Of a stretch of 64,000 nucleotides of DNA, positions 20,506 through 33,157 are shown in pieces. How positions within the stretch are numbered: the stretch's first letter is position 1; each line of letters begins with the position of its first letter. The stretch comes from Alphaproteobacteria bacterium. GTDB taxonomy: Bacteria; Pseudomonadota; Alphaproteobacteria; UBA828. The notes under the pieces are model-generated. The model saw only the letters and a list, made by a program, of their open reading frames with translations, made no database searches and was not told where the DNA came from. The DNA is taken from the NCBI GenBank assembly GCA_963422645.2, contig CAXXVO010000004.1, forward strand, positions 576,001-640,000. Reading direction: 5' to 3'. A program made the position numbers and the translations under genes.

Positions 20506-21447
20506 TCATGCGGCGTCGACCCGGTGGTTCAGCGCCGCGACCGCCGGCTGCACCTCCTCGATCAGCCGGCGCGTCTGGTCGAGGATGTCGTCGTCATCGC
20601 CGCCGATCGGCCAGAGCACGAACTTCGACGCGCCGGCCGCGACGAAGGCCTCGATCCGCTGCATGATGTCGGCCGCATCGCCCGCGACGATGCCGCCCTT
20701 CGGATCGCGCTGGAAGCGCACCGCATAGGTCTCGGCCATCCGCTGCATCAAGGGCTCGTCCCAGCTGCCGAAGCGGAAGTGGAAGCTCGCGCCGTAATGG
20801 TCGGCATCGATACGCCGTCCAGTTTCCTTGAGCGCTTCCTTGATCCCGGCAATCGCGGGCGCCACCTGCGCCGGCGTCTCGAGCCCGGCTACCCAGCCGG
20901 TACCGATGCGCGCCGTGCGCCGGATCGCGGGCTTGCTGGAACCGCCGAGCCAGAGTGGCAGGTCCTTCTGCGCCGGCTTGGGCTCGATCCGCGCGCCTGA
21001 GTAGCGATAGAACTCGCCGTCGAAATCGACCGAGTCCTCCGTCCAGAGCCGGGCGATGAGCTCCAGCGCTTCGTCGGTGCGCCGGCCGCGGCACTTCGTG
21101 TCCGTGCCGGTCGCCGCCCAGTCCGGCGCCCGGATCGCGCCGATGCCGAAGGCCGGCAGCAGGCGCCCCTCGCTCAGCACGTCGATGGTGGCGCACTGCT
21201 TGGCGAGCAGCAGCGGGTCGCGCAGCCCGACCGAGGCCACATTCATGCCGAACTTGGTCCGCCTGGTCCGGCCGGCAAGCGCCGCCATCACGCTCATCAC
21301 CTCGAGGAAGGGTTCCTCCGAGACGAGGCGATCGGTCTGCCACAGCGAATCGACCCCGCCCTCTTCGCAGAGATCGACCCAGCGCCAGAAGGCGGCGGCG
21401 CCCGAGAAGGGGAACGCATTGAGCCCGAGTCCGACGGCGATCGACAG
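20506..21447 (-). CDS. LLM-class flavin-dependent oxidoreductase
   Basis: [39 protein letters not shown]; start uncertain (CTG at 21447 after GGAGG, or ATG at 21504). Confidence 0.85.
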   Translation of the reverse strand: MSIAVGLGLNAFPFSGAAAFWRWVDLCEEGGVDSLWQTDRLVSEEPFLEVMSVMAALAGRTRRTKFGMNVASVGLRDPLLLAKQCATIDVLSEGRLLPAFGIGAIRAPDWAATGTDTKCRGRRTDEALELIARLWTEDSVDFDGEFYRYSGARIEPKPAQKDLPLWLGGSSKPAIRRTARIGTGWVAGLETPAQVAPAIAGIKEALKETGRRIDADHYGASFHFRFGSWDEPLMQRMAETYAVRFQRDPKGGIVAGDAADIMQRIEAFVAAGASKFVLWPIGGDDDDILDQTRRLIEEVQPAVAALNHRVDAA

Positions 21448-21683
21448 CGTTGCCTCCCCTCGCAGGTGCCGCGCGCTCCGCCGGGACCGGCGGAACCGAG
21501 ACATTTCTACGCGCAGCCTCGGGCAGCGTCCAGGCGGTCATGGGCCGCCCCCCCAACACCGGCACACATACCCAGGTCCCGGCGTTGACAGGTTTTCGGG
21601 CCAGCCCTAGTGTGCCGCGCGCGCGGCGGGGTGTCTGCCGCAGCGCAACAATCGGCTCGTCACGTTGCCCTGCAGGGAAGCCC

Positions 21684-22436
21684 ATGAAGGTTCTGGTCGC
21701 GGTCAAGCGCACGATCGACCCCAACGTGAAGGTGCGGGTCAAGTCCGACCAGACCGGGGTCGAGACCGCGAACGTGAAGATGGCGATGAACCCCTTCTGC
21801 GAGATCGCCGTCGAAGAAGCCATCCGGATGAAGGAAGCCGGCAACGCCGACGAGGTGATTGCGGTTTCCGCCGGCGCCGACAAGGCGCAGGAGACCTTGC
21901 GCACGGCGCTCGCCATGGGCGCGGACCGCGCCGTCCACATCGTGACCGAGGCTGACCTGCAGCCGCTCGCCGTGGCGCGACTGCTGAAGGTGATCGCGGA
22001 CGAAGAGCAGCCCGGCCTCGTCATTTTGGGCAAGCAGGCCATCGACGACGACAGCAACCAGACCGGCCAGATGCTGGCGGCGTTGCTCGGCTGGCCGCAG
22101 GCGACCTTTGCCTCCGAGATCATGTTCAAGGACGGGACAGCGGACGTGACCCGCGAGATCGACGGCGGGCTCGAGACCCTCAACGTCAATCTGCCGGCGG
22201 TGGTCACCACCGATCTCAGGCTCAACGAGCCGCGCTATGCCTCGCTCCCCAACATCATGAAGGCCAAGAAGAAGCCTATCGACAAGCGGGAGGCGGAGGC
22301 GCTCGGCGTGGATATCAGCCCCAGGCTCGCGATCCACAAGGTGGAGGAGCCGCCCAGGCGCGAGGCGGGGATCAAGGTGGCGGACATCGCAGAGCTCGTC
22401 GCGAAGCTCCGCGATGACGCCAAGGTGATCGGGTGA
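21684..22436 (+). CDS. etfB: Electron transfer flavoprotein beta subunit
   Basis: [47 protein letters not shown]. Confidence 0.96.
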   Translation: MKVLVAVKRTIDPNVKVRVKSDQTGVETANVKMAMNPFCEIAVEEAIRMKEAGNADEVIAVSAGADKAQETLRTALAMGADRAVHIVTEADLQPLAVARLLKVIADEEQPGLVILGKQAIDDDSNQTGQMLAALLGWPQATFASEIMFKDGTADVTREIDGGLETLNVNLPAVVTTDLRLNEPRYASLPNIMKAKKKPIDKREAEALGVDISPRLAIHKVEEPPRREAGIKVADIAELVAKLRDDAKVIG

Positions 22437-22446
22437 GGGCAACCTT

Positions 22447-23400
22447 ATGAGCATTCTGGTCCTTGCCGAGCACGACAACGCCGAGCTGAAGCGGCCGAGC
22501 CTCAATGCGGTCACGGCCGCCTGCGCGCTGGGCGGAGAGGTCCACATGCTGGTCGCGGGCTCCGGCGCCGGGCCGGTGGCCGAGGCCGCGGCGCAGGCCG
22601 TCGGCGTCGACAAGGTCCTGCACGCGGACGATCCGGCCTACGAGCACGGCATCGCCGAAAACCTGGCGCCGCTGCTGGTCGGCCTTGCCGAGGGCTACAG
22701 CCATCTGATCGCGTCGGCCACAACCTTCGGCAAGAACGTCATGCCGCGGGTCGCGGCCCTGCTCGACGTGGCCCAGGTCTCCGACATCATCGAAATCGTG
22801 TCCGAGAGCGTCTTCGTGCGCCCGACCTATGCGGGCAACGCGCTTGCCACGGTGGAAAGCGGCGATTCCACGAAGGTGGTGACGGTGCGCACCACGGCGT
22901 TCGACGCGGCGCCTGCCGAAGGCGGCAGCGCCGCGGTCGAGGCGGTCTCGGGCGCGGGCGACCAGGGGCTGGTCCGCTTCGTCCGCCACGAGCTGAGCAA
23001 GTCTGACCGGCCGGAGCTCACCAGTGCGGGCATCGTGATCTCGGGCGGGCGCGGGATGCAAAGCGGCGAGAACTTCCCGCTGATCGAGGCGGTGGCGGAC
23101 CGGCTGGGCGCCGCCGTCGGCGCCTCGCGAGCCGCAGTAGACGCCGGCTACGTGCCCAACGACTTCCAGGTCGGGCAGACCGGCAAGGTGGTGGCGCCCG
23201 ATCTCTACATCGCGGTGGGCATCTCTGGCGCGATTCAGCATCTCGCCGGGATGAAGGACAGCCGCGTGATCTGCGCCATCAACAAGGACGAGGAAGCGCC
23301 GATCTTCCAGATCGCCGACTTCGGCCTCGTGGCCGATCTGTTCAAGGCTCTGCCGGCACTCGCCGAAGAGCTCGACCGCCAAGGTATCTCCAAGGTCTGA
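22447..23400 (+). CDS. etfA: Electron transfer flavoprotein alpha subunit
   Basis: GASRAAVDAG, QVGQTGK, GISGAIQHLAGM. Confidence 0.96.
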   Translation: MSILVLAEHDNAELKRPSLNAVTAACALGGEVHMLVAGSGAGPVAEAAAQAVGVDKVLHADDPAYEHGIAENLAPLLVGLAEGYSHLIASATTFGKNVMPRVAALLDVAQVSDIIEIVSESVFVRPTYAGNALATVESGDSTKVVTVRTTAFDAAPAEGGSAAVEAVSGAGDQGLVRFVRHELSKSDRPELTSAGIVISGGRGMQSGENFPLIEAVADRLGAAVGASRAAVDAGYVPNDFQVGQTGKVVAPDLYIAVGISGAIQHLAGMKDSRVICAINKDEEAPIFQIADFGLVADLFKALPALAEELDRQGISKV

Positions 23401-23409
23401 CCCGCGAAC

Positions 23410-24282
23410 ATGGTGCAATCGATCGGGATCATCGGAGCAGGCCATATGGGCAGCGGCATCGCCCATGTCGCTGCGCTCGCGGGCTTCGACGTGACGCTGA
23501 GCGATCTCGGGCAGGCCGAGCTCGACAGGGCGCTCGAGACCATCAGCACCAACCTCGGGCGTCAGGCGCGAAAAGGCTTGATCGCCGACGAGCAGCCGGC
23601 GGCAGCGCTTGAGCGGATCTCGACCGGCGTCGGCCTCGACGCCATCAAGGGCGTCGACATGGTGATCGAGGCCGTCGTCGAGGACGAGGCGGTCAAGAAG
23701 GAGATCTTCGTCGCGCTGCGCGGCGCGTTGCCGGAGCACACCATCATCTGCACCAACAGCTCGACATTGCCAGTCACCCGCCTGGCGGCGAGCACCGACC
23801 GACCCGGCAAGTTCATGGGCATGCACTTCATGAACCCGGCGCCGATGATGGAGCTGGTCGAGCTGGTGCGCGGTATCGCGACCGAGGAAGAGACCTACGA
23901 GATTGCGCGTAAGGTGACCGAGCGCATGGGCAAGACCTCGGCGATGGCCGAGGACTTCCCGGCCTTCATCGTGAACCGCATCCTTATGCCGATGGTCAAC
24001 GAGGCGATCTACGCGCTCTACGAGGGCGTAGGCAACGTGAAGGCGATCGACACGGCGATGAAGCTCGGCGCGCACCATCGGATGGGGCCGCTGGAGCTCG
24101 CCGACTTCATCGGCCTCGACACCTGCCACTCGATCATGCAGACGCTCTACGAGGGCCTGGCCGACAGCAAGTACCGGCCCTGCCCGCTGCTCGCCAAGTA
24201 CGTCGAGGCCGGCTGGCTGGGCCGCAAGACCGGCAAGGGATTCTACGACTACTCCACGGGCACGCCGGTCCCGACCCGCTAA
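23410..24282 (+). CDS. hbd: 3-hydroxybutyryl-CoA dehydrogenase
   Basis: GAGHMGSGIA, GMHFMNP, MGPLELADFIGLD, GRKTGKGFY. Confidence 0.92.
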   Translation: MVQSIGIIGAGHMGSGIAHVAALAGFDVTLSDLGQAELDRALETISTNLGRQARKGLIADEQPAAALERISTGVGLDAIKGVDMVIEAVVEDEAVKKEIFVALRGALPEHTIICTNSSTLPVTRLAASTDRPGKFMGMHFMNPAPMMELVELVRGIATEEETYEIARKVTERMGKTSAMAEDFPAFIVNRILMPMVNEAIYALYEGVGNVKAIDTAMKLGAHHRMGPLELADFIGLDTCHSIMQTLYEGLADSKYRPCPLLAKYVEAGWLGRKTGKGFYDYSTGTPVPTR

Positions 24283-24427
24283 AACGTTTCCGTTCAATAC
24301 GGAAACGCTTCAGCCATTTATCGCTCACGGCAGCCGGCCTCCGGCCGGCGCCTCCGCGAGGGCGCCGCATAAGCGGTGGGCCGCGGTCGCGGCCTGTCGC
24401 GAGCCCGCCAAAGACGGACTCGCTCTA
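24280..24427. repeat. ~145-bp double-hairpin interspersed repeat, copy 1
   Basis: Similar to 51086-51226 (inverted) and 56715-56861; its ends overlap the hbd TAA and rlmH TAG. Confidence 0.85.
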
Positions 24428-24880
24428 GGCGCCGCGATGATAAGGGTGGCCGGAGAGGATGCTCGCCGTACGCCACAACTGCTCCGCCAGCATCGCGCGC
24501 ACAAGCAGGTGCGGCCAGGTCATCGGCCCGAGGGAGAGAGCCATGTCGGCACGGGCGAGAACGGGGGCCCCGTGCCCGTCCGCCCCGCCGATCAGGAATG
24601 CCACGACGGCCGTGCCGTTGTCGCGGACGGAAGCCAGTCGCGCCGCGAATTCTTCGCTGGTGAGCGCCTTTCCGGCGCCGTCCAGAGCGACGACATAGGC
24701 GTCCGTCGGCAATCCCTTAAGCAGCGCCGCCGCCTCGCGCTCGCGCCCGACCTCGCCTCCGCCGCCGACCCGGACCTCGCGCAACTCAATTGGCCACGGC
24801 AAGCGCTTGCGGTAATTCTCGAAGATCTGTTGCGCCGGGTCGCCCCGGCCGCGGCCTACTGCCGCCACGACGAGGCGCAT
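24425..24880 (-). CDS. rlmH: 23S rRNA pseudouridine-1915 N3-methyltransferase
   Basis: FLIGGADG, LSLGPMTWPH.LVR, HPYHR; strong RBS; conserved position after rsfS. Confidence 0.95.
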   Translation of the reverse strand: MRLVVAAVGRGRGDPAQQIFENYRKRLPWPIELREVRVGGGGEVGREREAAALLKGLPTDAYVVALDGAGKALTSEEFAARLASVRDNGTAVVAFLIGGADGHGAPVLARADMALSLGPMTWPHLLVRAMLAEQLWRTASILSGHPYHRGA

Positions 24881-24910
24881 CGGCGGCTGGCGCTCCTTTC
24901 CTCCTGCTAG

Positions 24911-26530
24911 GAGTGTGCGCCGCAGGAATCGCGGATCGCAAGGGATTGCTTTCCTGCGAAGCGACTGTGTGATCTGATAAGGCATCGCGTAGCGAGGACG
25001 GGTTGGATGTCGACGACGTATCGTCCCTATCAGCCGGACCAGTTGCTGTTGCTGGCGCCGGACCTTCGGGAGTGGCTCCCGGCGGGTCACTTGGCGCATC
25101 ACGTGAGCGATTTGGTGGATTCTCTGGAGTTGAGCGCGTTGTACGCGCCGTATGAGGGTGACGGTCGGCGCAATTCCCCGTACGAGCCCTCGATGATGGT
25201 CAAGGTGTTGATTTACGCCTATGCGACGGGGGTGTTTTCCTCGCGCGCGATTGCGAGAAAGATCGAGGAGGACGTGGCGTTTCGGGTGCTGGGGGCGGGG
25301 AACTTCCCGCAGCACCGCACGATTTGTGAATTTCGCCGTCGTCATCTCGAAGACTTCGAGCGGATGTTCGTCGAGGTGGTGCGGGTGGCGCGCGAGATGG
25401 GGGTGGTGCGGTTTGGGACGCTGTCGGTCGATGGGACGAAGGTGCGGGCGAACGCGAGCAAGCGCAAGGCGATGAGCTATGGGCGGATGTTGACCGAGGA
25501 GTCTCGGCTGAAGGAGGAGATTCAACGGCTGCTGGACCGAGCGGGCGCGGTCGATGCCGAAGAGGATGAACGCTACGGTGATGAGGTGCGCGGTGATGAG
25601 TTGCCCGCGGAGCTCGAACGGCGCGAGAAACGCCTGGCGGCGATTCAGGAGGCGAAGGCGCGGCTGGAAGCGGCGCAACGTGAGGCCGATGACGCGCGCG
25701 GGCGCGAGCCCGGCCAGGACCGCAATCGCAAAGGAGGCCGGCCGTACAAGCGCGCCTACGGTGAGCCCGACCCCGGTGCGCAGAGCAACTTCACCGACCC
25801 CGAGAGCCAGATCATGAACACCTCCACCGAGGGGTTCCAGCAGTGCTACAACGCCCAGACGGTGGTCGACGAGACGCATCAACTCATTGTCGCCACCGAT
25901 GTCGATGCGAACGCCAGCGACCAGGGCCAGTTGCTCCCATTGCTCGATGGGGTGAGCGAGACCTTCGATGTCGAGCCCGAGGTGGTGTTGGCCGACGCGG
26001 GCTACTGCAACGAGGCGGACTTGGTGGCGTTGGAGCAGTGCGGCATCGATGCTCATGTCGCGCTGGGGCGCGAGGGCAAGGCACGAGTGGCGGTGGACCC
26101 CGAGACGCGTCCGGCCACCCACCGCATGGGCGAGAAGCTGGCCAGTAAGACGGGCCGGGCTCAATACGCCAAGCGCAAGTGGTTGTCCGAGGCACCGAAC
26201 GGCTGGATCAAAGAGGTGCTGGGGTTCCGGCGGTTCAGCGTTCGGGGTGCGCACCAAGTCCGAGGTGAATGGCATCTGGTGTGCCTGGCATTGAACATCA
26301 AGCGCATGGCGGGGCTGGCGGCATGTTGACGCAACCAATGGCGCTTCGCGGTGTCGACTGGCGGGGGTCGTTCGCCCCCGCAACGCGCTCTCTACGCCTT
26401 CGAGCGTTCCCGGCGCAGTTCCTCGGCTCCGGACCATGAAAAACCCCAATCACCGCGTTCGGTCAATCGGCCGACGTCACTACGGCCAAACGCCGTTTGC
26501 CCGACGCGAAAACTCCTGCGGCGCACGCTC
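24911..26530 (+). mobile_element. IS1182-family element (1620 bp)
   Basis: 17-bp IRs GAGTGTGCGCCGCAGGA / GAGCGTGCGCCGCAGGA; CTAG duplicated at 24907-24910 and 26531-26534. Confidence 0.93.
25007..26329 (+). CDS. IS1182 transposase
   Basis: PYEPSMMVKVLIYAY..G..SSR, VDGTKVRANAS, NFTDPES, LADAGY, GFRRFSVRG. Confidence 0.93.
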   Translation: MSTTYRPYQPDQLLLLAPDLREWLPAGHLAHHVSDLVDSLELSALYAPYEGDGRRNSPYEPSMMVKVLIYAYATGVFSSRAIARKIEEDVAFRVLGAGNFPQHRTICEFRRRHLEDFERMFVEVVRVAREMGVVRFGTLSVDGTKVRANASKRKAMSYGRMLTEESRLKEEIQRLLDRAGAVDAEEDERYGDEVRGDELPAELERREKRLAAIQEAKARLEAAQREADDARGREPGQDRNRKGGRPYKRAYGEPDPGAQSNFTDPESQIMNTSTEGFQQCYNAQTVVDETHQLIVATDVDANASDQGQLLPLLDGVSETFDVEPEVVLADAGYCNEADLVALEQCGIDAHVALGREGKARVAVDPETRPATHRMGEKLASKTGRAQYAKRKWLSEAPNGWIKEVLGFRRFSVRGAHQVRGEWHLVCLALNIKRMAGLAAC

Positions 26531-26555
26531 CTAGGCGGCACTCGGCTCCGCGCCG

Positions 26556-26993
26556 CTAGTCCTCGTCGGTAAACGCCGGCTCATCGGCCGCGCCGATGGA
26601 TTCGACGGACCACATCTTCTCGAGGTTGTAGAGGGCGCGGACTTCGGGCCGGAAGACGTGCACGATGATGTCGCCGGCATCGATCAGCACCCAGTCCGAG
26701 TTTTCGCGGCCCTCCGCCGCGAGCGCGGGCGTGCCGTCGTCCTTGAGCTGTTTCAGGAGCCGTGCCGCCACCGCACCGACATGGCGCTTCGACCGTCCGC
26801 TGGCGATAACCATGAAGTCGGCGATCGTGGTCTTGCCGTCGAGGTCGATGGTGACGATGTCCTCCGCCTTGGCGTCTGCAAGAGCGCCGGCGACGAAGCG
26901 CTGAAGCGCCTCAGCGCCGGCTTTGCCCGATTCCCGGCGACTGGGCCTAACAGGTTGATTCGGTGCTTCTATGGTGTTCCTCCAGCCTCCCAT
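26556..26993 (-). CDS. rsfS: Ribosome silencing factor RsfS
   Basis: KAEDIVTIDL, DWVLIDAGDIIVHVF, YNLEKMW; start uncertain. Confidence 0.95.
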   Translation of the reverse strand: MGGWRNTIEAPNQPVRPSRRESGKAGAEALQRFVAGALADAKAEDIVTIDLDGKTTIADFMVIASGRSKRHVGAVAARLLKQLKDDGTPALAAEGRENSDWVLIDAGDIIVHVFRPEVRALYNLEKMWSVESIGAADEPAFTDED

Positions 26994-27628
26994 TGTCGGT
27001 CCGGTGCACCGGTCGCGGCGCGCAACGCAGTCGCCGACGCGGGGTGCAGCGGTCCATGGATTACCATCCAGGCGGGCGGCTTGCTGCGCACGAGCCCTGG
27101 CGCTCGGCGTTCCGCCAATCTTTGGCGTGCAAATCGTTTCGCAGGCTTAACCACACTAGCGTAGCGAGAGTAAGGCCAGCGGTCGATGACCGCAACGGGT
27201 AGTGCCTGGAAGAGCGCGGGCCAGCGCCGCCACGCCGCGAGCGTCGGCAGGTTGTCGGCGCCGACGATCCAGACCAGCCGGTGCCGCGGAAAGCGCCGTT
27301 TGAGCCGGGCGACCGTGTCCACCGAGTAGCAGCTGCCGAGGCGGCGCTCGATATCGCTTACCCGGAGACGTCGGTCCCCCGCCGCTGTCCTCGCGGCGGC
27401 GAAGCGCTCGTCAAACGCCGCCATCCCGGCGCGGGGCTTGAGCGGGTTCTGGGGCGAGACCAGCCACCAGATCTCGTGCAGGCCCAGGCGCTTGAGCGCC
27501 AGCAGGCTGATGTGGCGGTGGCCCTCATGGGCCGGATTGAAGGAGCCGCCGATCAGGCCGATTTTGCGCCCCGGCGGACGGGCGCGCGGAGCGCCGCCCG
27601 GCACAGGCCGCGACCGCCGCCGGCGCAT
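26969..27628 (-). CDS. nadD: Nicotinate-nucleotide adenylyltransferase
   Basis: GGSFNPAHEGH, WWLVSPQNPLK, WIVGADN, SATALR (C-terminal part of ORF 26969-28594). Confidence 0.93.
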   Translation of the reverse strand: MRRRRSRPVPGGAPRARPPGRKIGLIGGSFNPAHEGHRHISLLALKRLGLHEIWWLVSPQNPLKPRAGMAAFDERFAAARTAAGDRRLRVSDIERRLGSCYSVDTVARLKRRFPRHRLVWIVGADNLPTLAAWRRWPALFQALPVAVIDRWPYSRYASVVKPAKRFARQRLAERRAPGLVRSKPPAWMVIHGPLHPASATALRAATGAPDRQWEAGGTP

Positions 27629-27642
27629 GGGCACGAGCGCGG

Positions 27643-28931
27643 TCAGGGGCGAACCTGCCCGTTGCCGTAGACCTTGTACTTGTAGGTGGTGAGCTGCTCG
27701 ACGCCCACCGGCCCACGGGCGTGCAGTTTGCCGGTGGAGATGCCGATCTCGGCCCCCATGCCGAACTCGCCGCCGTCGGCGAACTGGGTGGAGGCGTTGT
27801 GCAGAACGATCCCGCTGTCGACGCCTTCCATGAAGCGTTCGGCGGCGGCGGCGTCCTCGGTAATGATGCTGTCGGTATGGTGGGAGCCATGCTCGTTGAC
27901 GTGGGAAATCGCCGCGTCGAGCCCATCCACCACGCCGACCGAGATGATCGCGTCGAGATATTCGGTTCCCCAATCGGCGTCGGCCACCGGCACCACGCGC
28001 GAGTCCATCGCCTGCACGCGGGCATCGCCGCGCACCTCGCAGCCGGCCTCGAACAGCGGCTCGAGGATCTCGGGCAGCGTCTCCGCCGCAGCGGCATCGA
28101 CCAACAACGTCTCCGCCGCGCCGCAGATACCGGTCCGCCGCATCTTGGCGTTGAAGGTCACGTCGCGAGCCTTCTCGGGATCGGCGGCCGCATGCACGTA
28201 GACGTGGCAGTTGCCGTCCAGGTGGGCCATCACCGGCACCCGGCTCTCCGCGAGCACCCGCTCGATCAGCGAGCGGCCGCCGCGCGGCACGATCAGGTCG
28301 AGCGCATCGTCCATGCCGAGCAGAATGCCGACCGCAGCCCGGTCGGTCGTCGGCACCAGCTGGATGCACCCCGCCGGCAGCCCGGTCTCGGCGAGCGCCG
28401 CGCGCAGCACCGATGCAATGGCACGCGAGGAGTGCCAGCTCTCGGAGCCGCCGCGCAGGATCGCCGCATTCCCCGACATGAGGCAAAGCGCGCCGGCATC
28501 GACGGTCACGTTGGGCCGCGATTCGTAGATGATCCCGATGACGCCGATCGGCACCGACACCCGGCGAATGCGAAGCCCGTTGGGCCGCTCCCACTCACCC
28601 AGAAGGCGGCCAAGCGGGTCGTCGAGGGCGGCCACTTGCTCGACACCAACCGCCATCGCCTCGACCCGGCCGGGATCAAGGGCAAGGCGGTCGAGAAGCG
28701 CGCTGCTCAGGCCGGACGCCTCAGCGGCCGCCATGTCCCTGCCGTTCGCCTCCAGGATTGCAGCCTCGTCGCAGCGGATCGCCGCGGCGGCTGCCTCGAG
28801 CGCACGTCGCCTGGCCTCGGCCGAGCTTGCCGCGAGCATCCGCGCCGCCGCGCGCGCCTCGGCGCCGAGCGCGGCCATCTCGGCGGCGATGTCCTGTTCC
28901 GTCTCGCGGCTCCGCGCCGCCTCGGCCATGC

Positions 28932-28935
<4 letters not shown>
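27643..28935 (-). CDS. proA: Gamma-glutamyl phosphate reductase
   Basis: [39 protein letters not shown]. Confidence 0.97.
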
Positions 28936-31126
<2,191 letters not shown>

Positions 31127-31384
31127 TTACGCGCTCGGCTCGACCGAGACGACCGTCTTGCCGCCGCTGCGCCGCGCGAACTTCACATGGCCGCCAGAAA
31201 GCGCAAAGAGCGTGTGATCGCGCCCGATCCCGACGTTCTCACCGGGGTGCCACTTGGTGCCCCGCTGGCGCGCGATGATGTTGCCAGGGATCACCGTCTC
31301 GCCGCCGTACTTCTTGATGCCGAGGCGTCTGCCCGCCGTGTCCCGGCCGTTTCGCGAACTGCCGCCTGCCTTCTTGTGCGCCAT
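31127..31384 (-). CDS. rpmA: 50S ribosomal protein L27
   Basis: [15 protein letters not shown]. Confidence 0.98.
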   Translation of the reverse strand: MAHKKAGGSSRNGRDTAGRRLGIKKYGGETVIPGNIIARQRGTKWHPGENVGIGRDHTLFALSGGHVKFARRSGGKTVVSVEPSA

Positions 31385-32049
31385 CAGCTCTTCTCCTCCG
31401 CCGGCTCGTCCGCAGCAGACTCCGCAGTCTCCTCGGCCGGCGTGTCGGTCGTCTCGTCTGCCGGGGACTTGGCCGCCTCGGCTGCCGCATCGGCCGTCTC
31501 ATCCGAAGGCGGAGCGGCGGCCTCTTCTACCGGCGCCTCGGCCGGCTCCGGGGTTGCCGTCTCGGCGGGCGCGGGTGCGGTCTCCTCGGCCGTCTCGACC
31601 TTGGCGGCCGGCTTCTTCCGGGTCTTCGGCTTGGCAGCGGTCTTCGCTTTCGTCGACCTCTTGGCCTTGGTGCCGGCTGCCTCTTCGCCTTCCGCCGTCG
31701 CGGCCTTCTTCTTCCGGCGTGCGCGCCGCTTCTGGCCCGCCGCCAGAATCTCGTCGATGCGAAGCACGGTGAGCTCCTGCCGGTGCCCGCGTTTGCGCCG
31801 ATGGTTCTTCCGCCGCTTCTTGCGGAAAATGATGATCTTTTCGCCGCGCGTGTGCTCGACGACCGTGGCCGCTACGCGCGCGCCCTCGACCAGCGGCTGC
31901 CCGAGAGAGACGGTCTCGCCGTCGCTCATCGCCAGCACTTCGCCGAGCTCGATCGCCTCACCGGCCTCGGCCTTGAGCCGTTCCACCCGGATAACGTCCT
32001 CGGGCGCGACGCGGTATTGCTTCCCGCCAGAGCGAACCACAGCGAACAT
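31384..32049 (-). CDS. rplU: 50S ribosomal protein L21 with long low-complexity C-terminal tail
   Basis: [14 protein letters not shown]...GHRQ..T.LRI; upstream of rpmA. Confidence 0.96.
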   Translation of the reverse strand: MFAVVRSGGKQYRVAPEDVIRVERLKAEAGEAIELGEVLAMSDGETVSLGQPLVEGARVAATVVEHTRGEKIIIFRKKRRKNHRRKRGHRQELTVLRIDEILAAGQKRRARRKKKAATAEGEEAAGTKAKRSTKAKTAAKPKTRKKPAAKVETAEETAPAPAETATPEPAEAPVEEAAAPPSDETADAAAEAAKSPADETTDTPAEETAESAADEPAEEKS

Positions 32050-32266
32050 GACAACCATCCGTATTGGGAGGAGCGGGGTGCACCCCGCAGCGGGCGCACT
32101 ATAGGCCGGGCGTCTCCCGTGTCAATTGCCGGTGCCCATTTGTATCCCTCAAACGCCGGGCGCGAGCTCCGCTCGCTTGGCTTTCGCGCCAAAGGCGCGG
32201 CGCGCAGTCGCGCGCTCTGGGCCTGACGGCCCGGCTCACTTCATCCACCGCAAGCTCCCGTGATCC

Positions 32267-33157
32267 TCAGTCTGGCCAGCGCCGGTGCAGCCAGAGCCAT
32301 TGTTCGGGCCGCTCACGGATCCAGTCCTCGAAGATGCGGTTGATGGCGATCGTGGTCGCACGGATGCGCTCCTCCCGCGTGCCCTCCTCGGGCATGGCGA
32401 GCTTGGGATATACGGTGACCCGGAACGCCGCACCGCTGAGCCGTTCCACCCGGACCGGCCAGATCGGGCAGTCGTAGCGCAGCGCGAATGTTGCCACGGA
32501 AGGTGCAGTCATGGCATCGCGGCCGAAGAAGGGGACCGGAATGCCGGTGTTGAGCTTCTGATCCACCAGGAGGGCGACGTGCCTGCCGGCGCCGAGCGTG
32601 CGCATCAACTCGCGGGTGCCGTCGCGGCCTTTGGGCACGCGGTGTTGCATGACCGCGCTCCTGAACCGCGAGATCATGCGGTCGACGATCGGGTTGTTCG
32701 CCGCCCTGTAGATGGCGGTTACCGGGATCCCGCTCCGCTCCAGCGGCAGCACGGTGAGCTCCCAATTGCCGATATGGCCTGAGACGAAGATTCCGCCGGT
32801 GGCGGAGCGCTTCGCCTCGTCCAGATGGGCGCGACCGACGAGCTCGATCCGCCCGCCGGGCGCGTCGACGGAGAAACGATGGAGATGCGGGTATTCCGCA
32901 GCGACGCGGCCGAGATGACACCACATGCGCCGCGCACAGCGCCGAACTTCGGCCGGCGATAGCTCCGGCAGCGCACGGGCGAGGTTGTCGAGACCCTGGC
33001 GGTGCACCGGGAGCAACGGGCCGATGGAGCCGCCCAGTGCGGCGCCGACGGCCGACGCCCATCCCATGGGCAGCGAGCCCAGCAGCCCGAAAAGGACTTG
33101 GGCGGCGACGGCCTCGCAGACGTGCCGCGCCGCGCGTGCCGGCCCCCTCTTAGCCAC
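32267..33157 (-). CDS. Lipid A late acyltransferase (LpxL/HtrB/LpxXL family)
   Basis: GHIGNWE, LLVDQK, VPFFGR, PEQWLWLHRRW. Confidence 0.9.
   Translation of the reverse strand: MAKRGPARAARHVCEAVAAQVLFGLLGSLPMGWASAVGAALGGSIGPLLPVHRQGLDNLARALPELSPAEVRRCARRMWCHLGRVAAEYPHLHRFSVDAPGGRIELVGRAHLDEAKRSATGGIFVSGHIGNWELTVLPLERSGIPVTAIYRAANNPIVDRMISRFRSAVMQHRVPKGRDGTRELMRTLGAGRHVALLVDQKLNTGIPVPFFGRDAMTAPSVATFALRYDCPIWPVRVERLSGAAFRVTVYPKLAMPEEGTREERIRATTIAINRIFEDWIRERPEQWLWLHRRWPD

Noticed and set aside
24425-26449. 674-aa ORF suggesting an RlmH fusion
   Set aside because: It is the antisense frame of IS1182 reading into rlmH; rlmH has its own RBS and ATG at 24880.
26969-28594. 541-aa ORF
   Set aside because: Only the last 219 aa are NadD; the rest is a shadow frame of proA.
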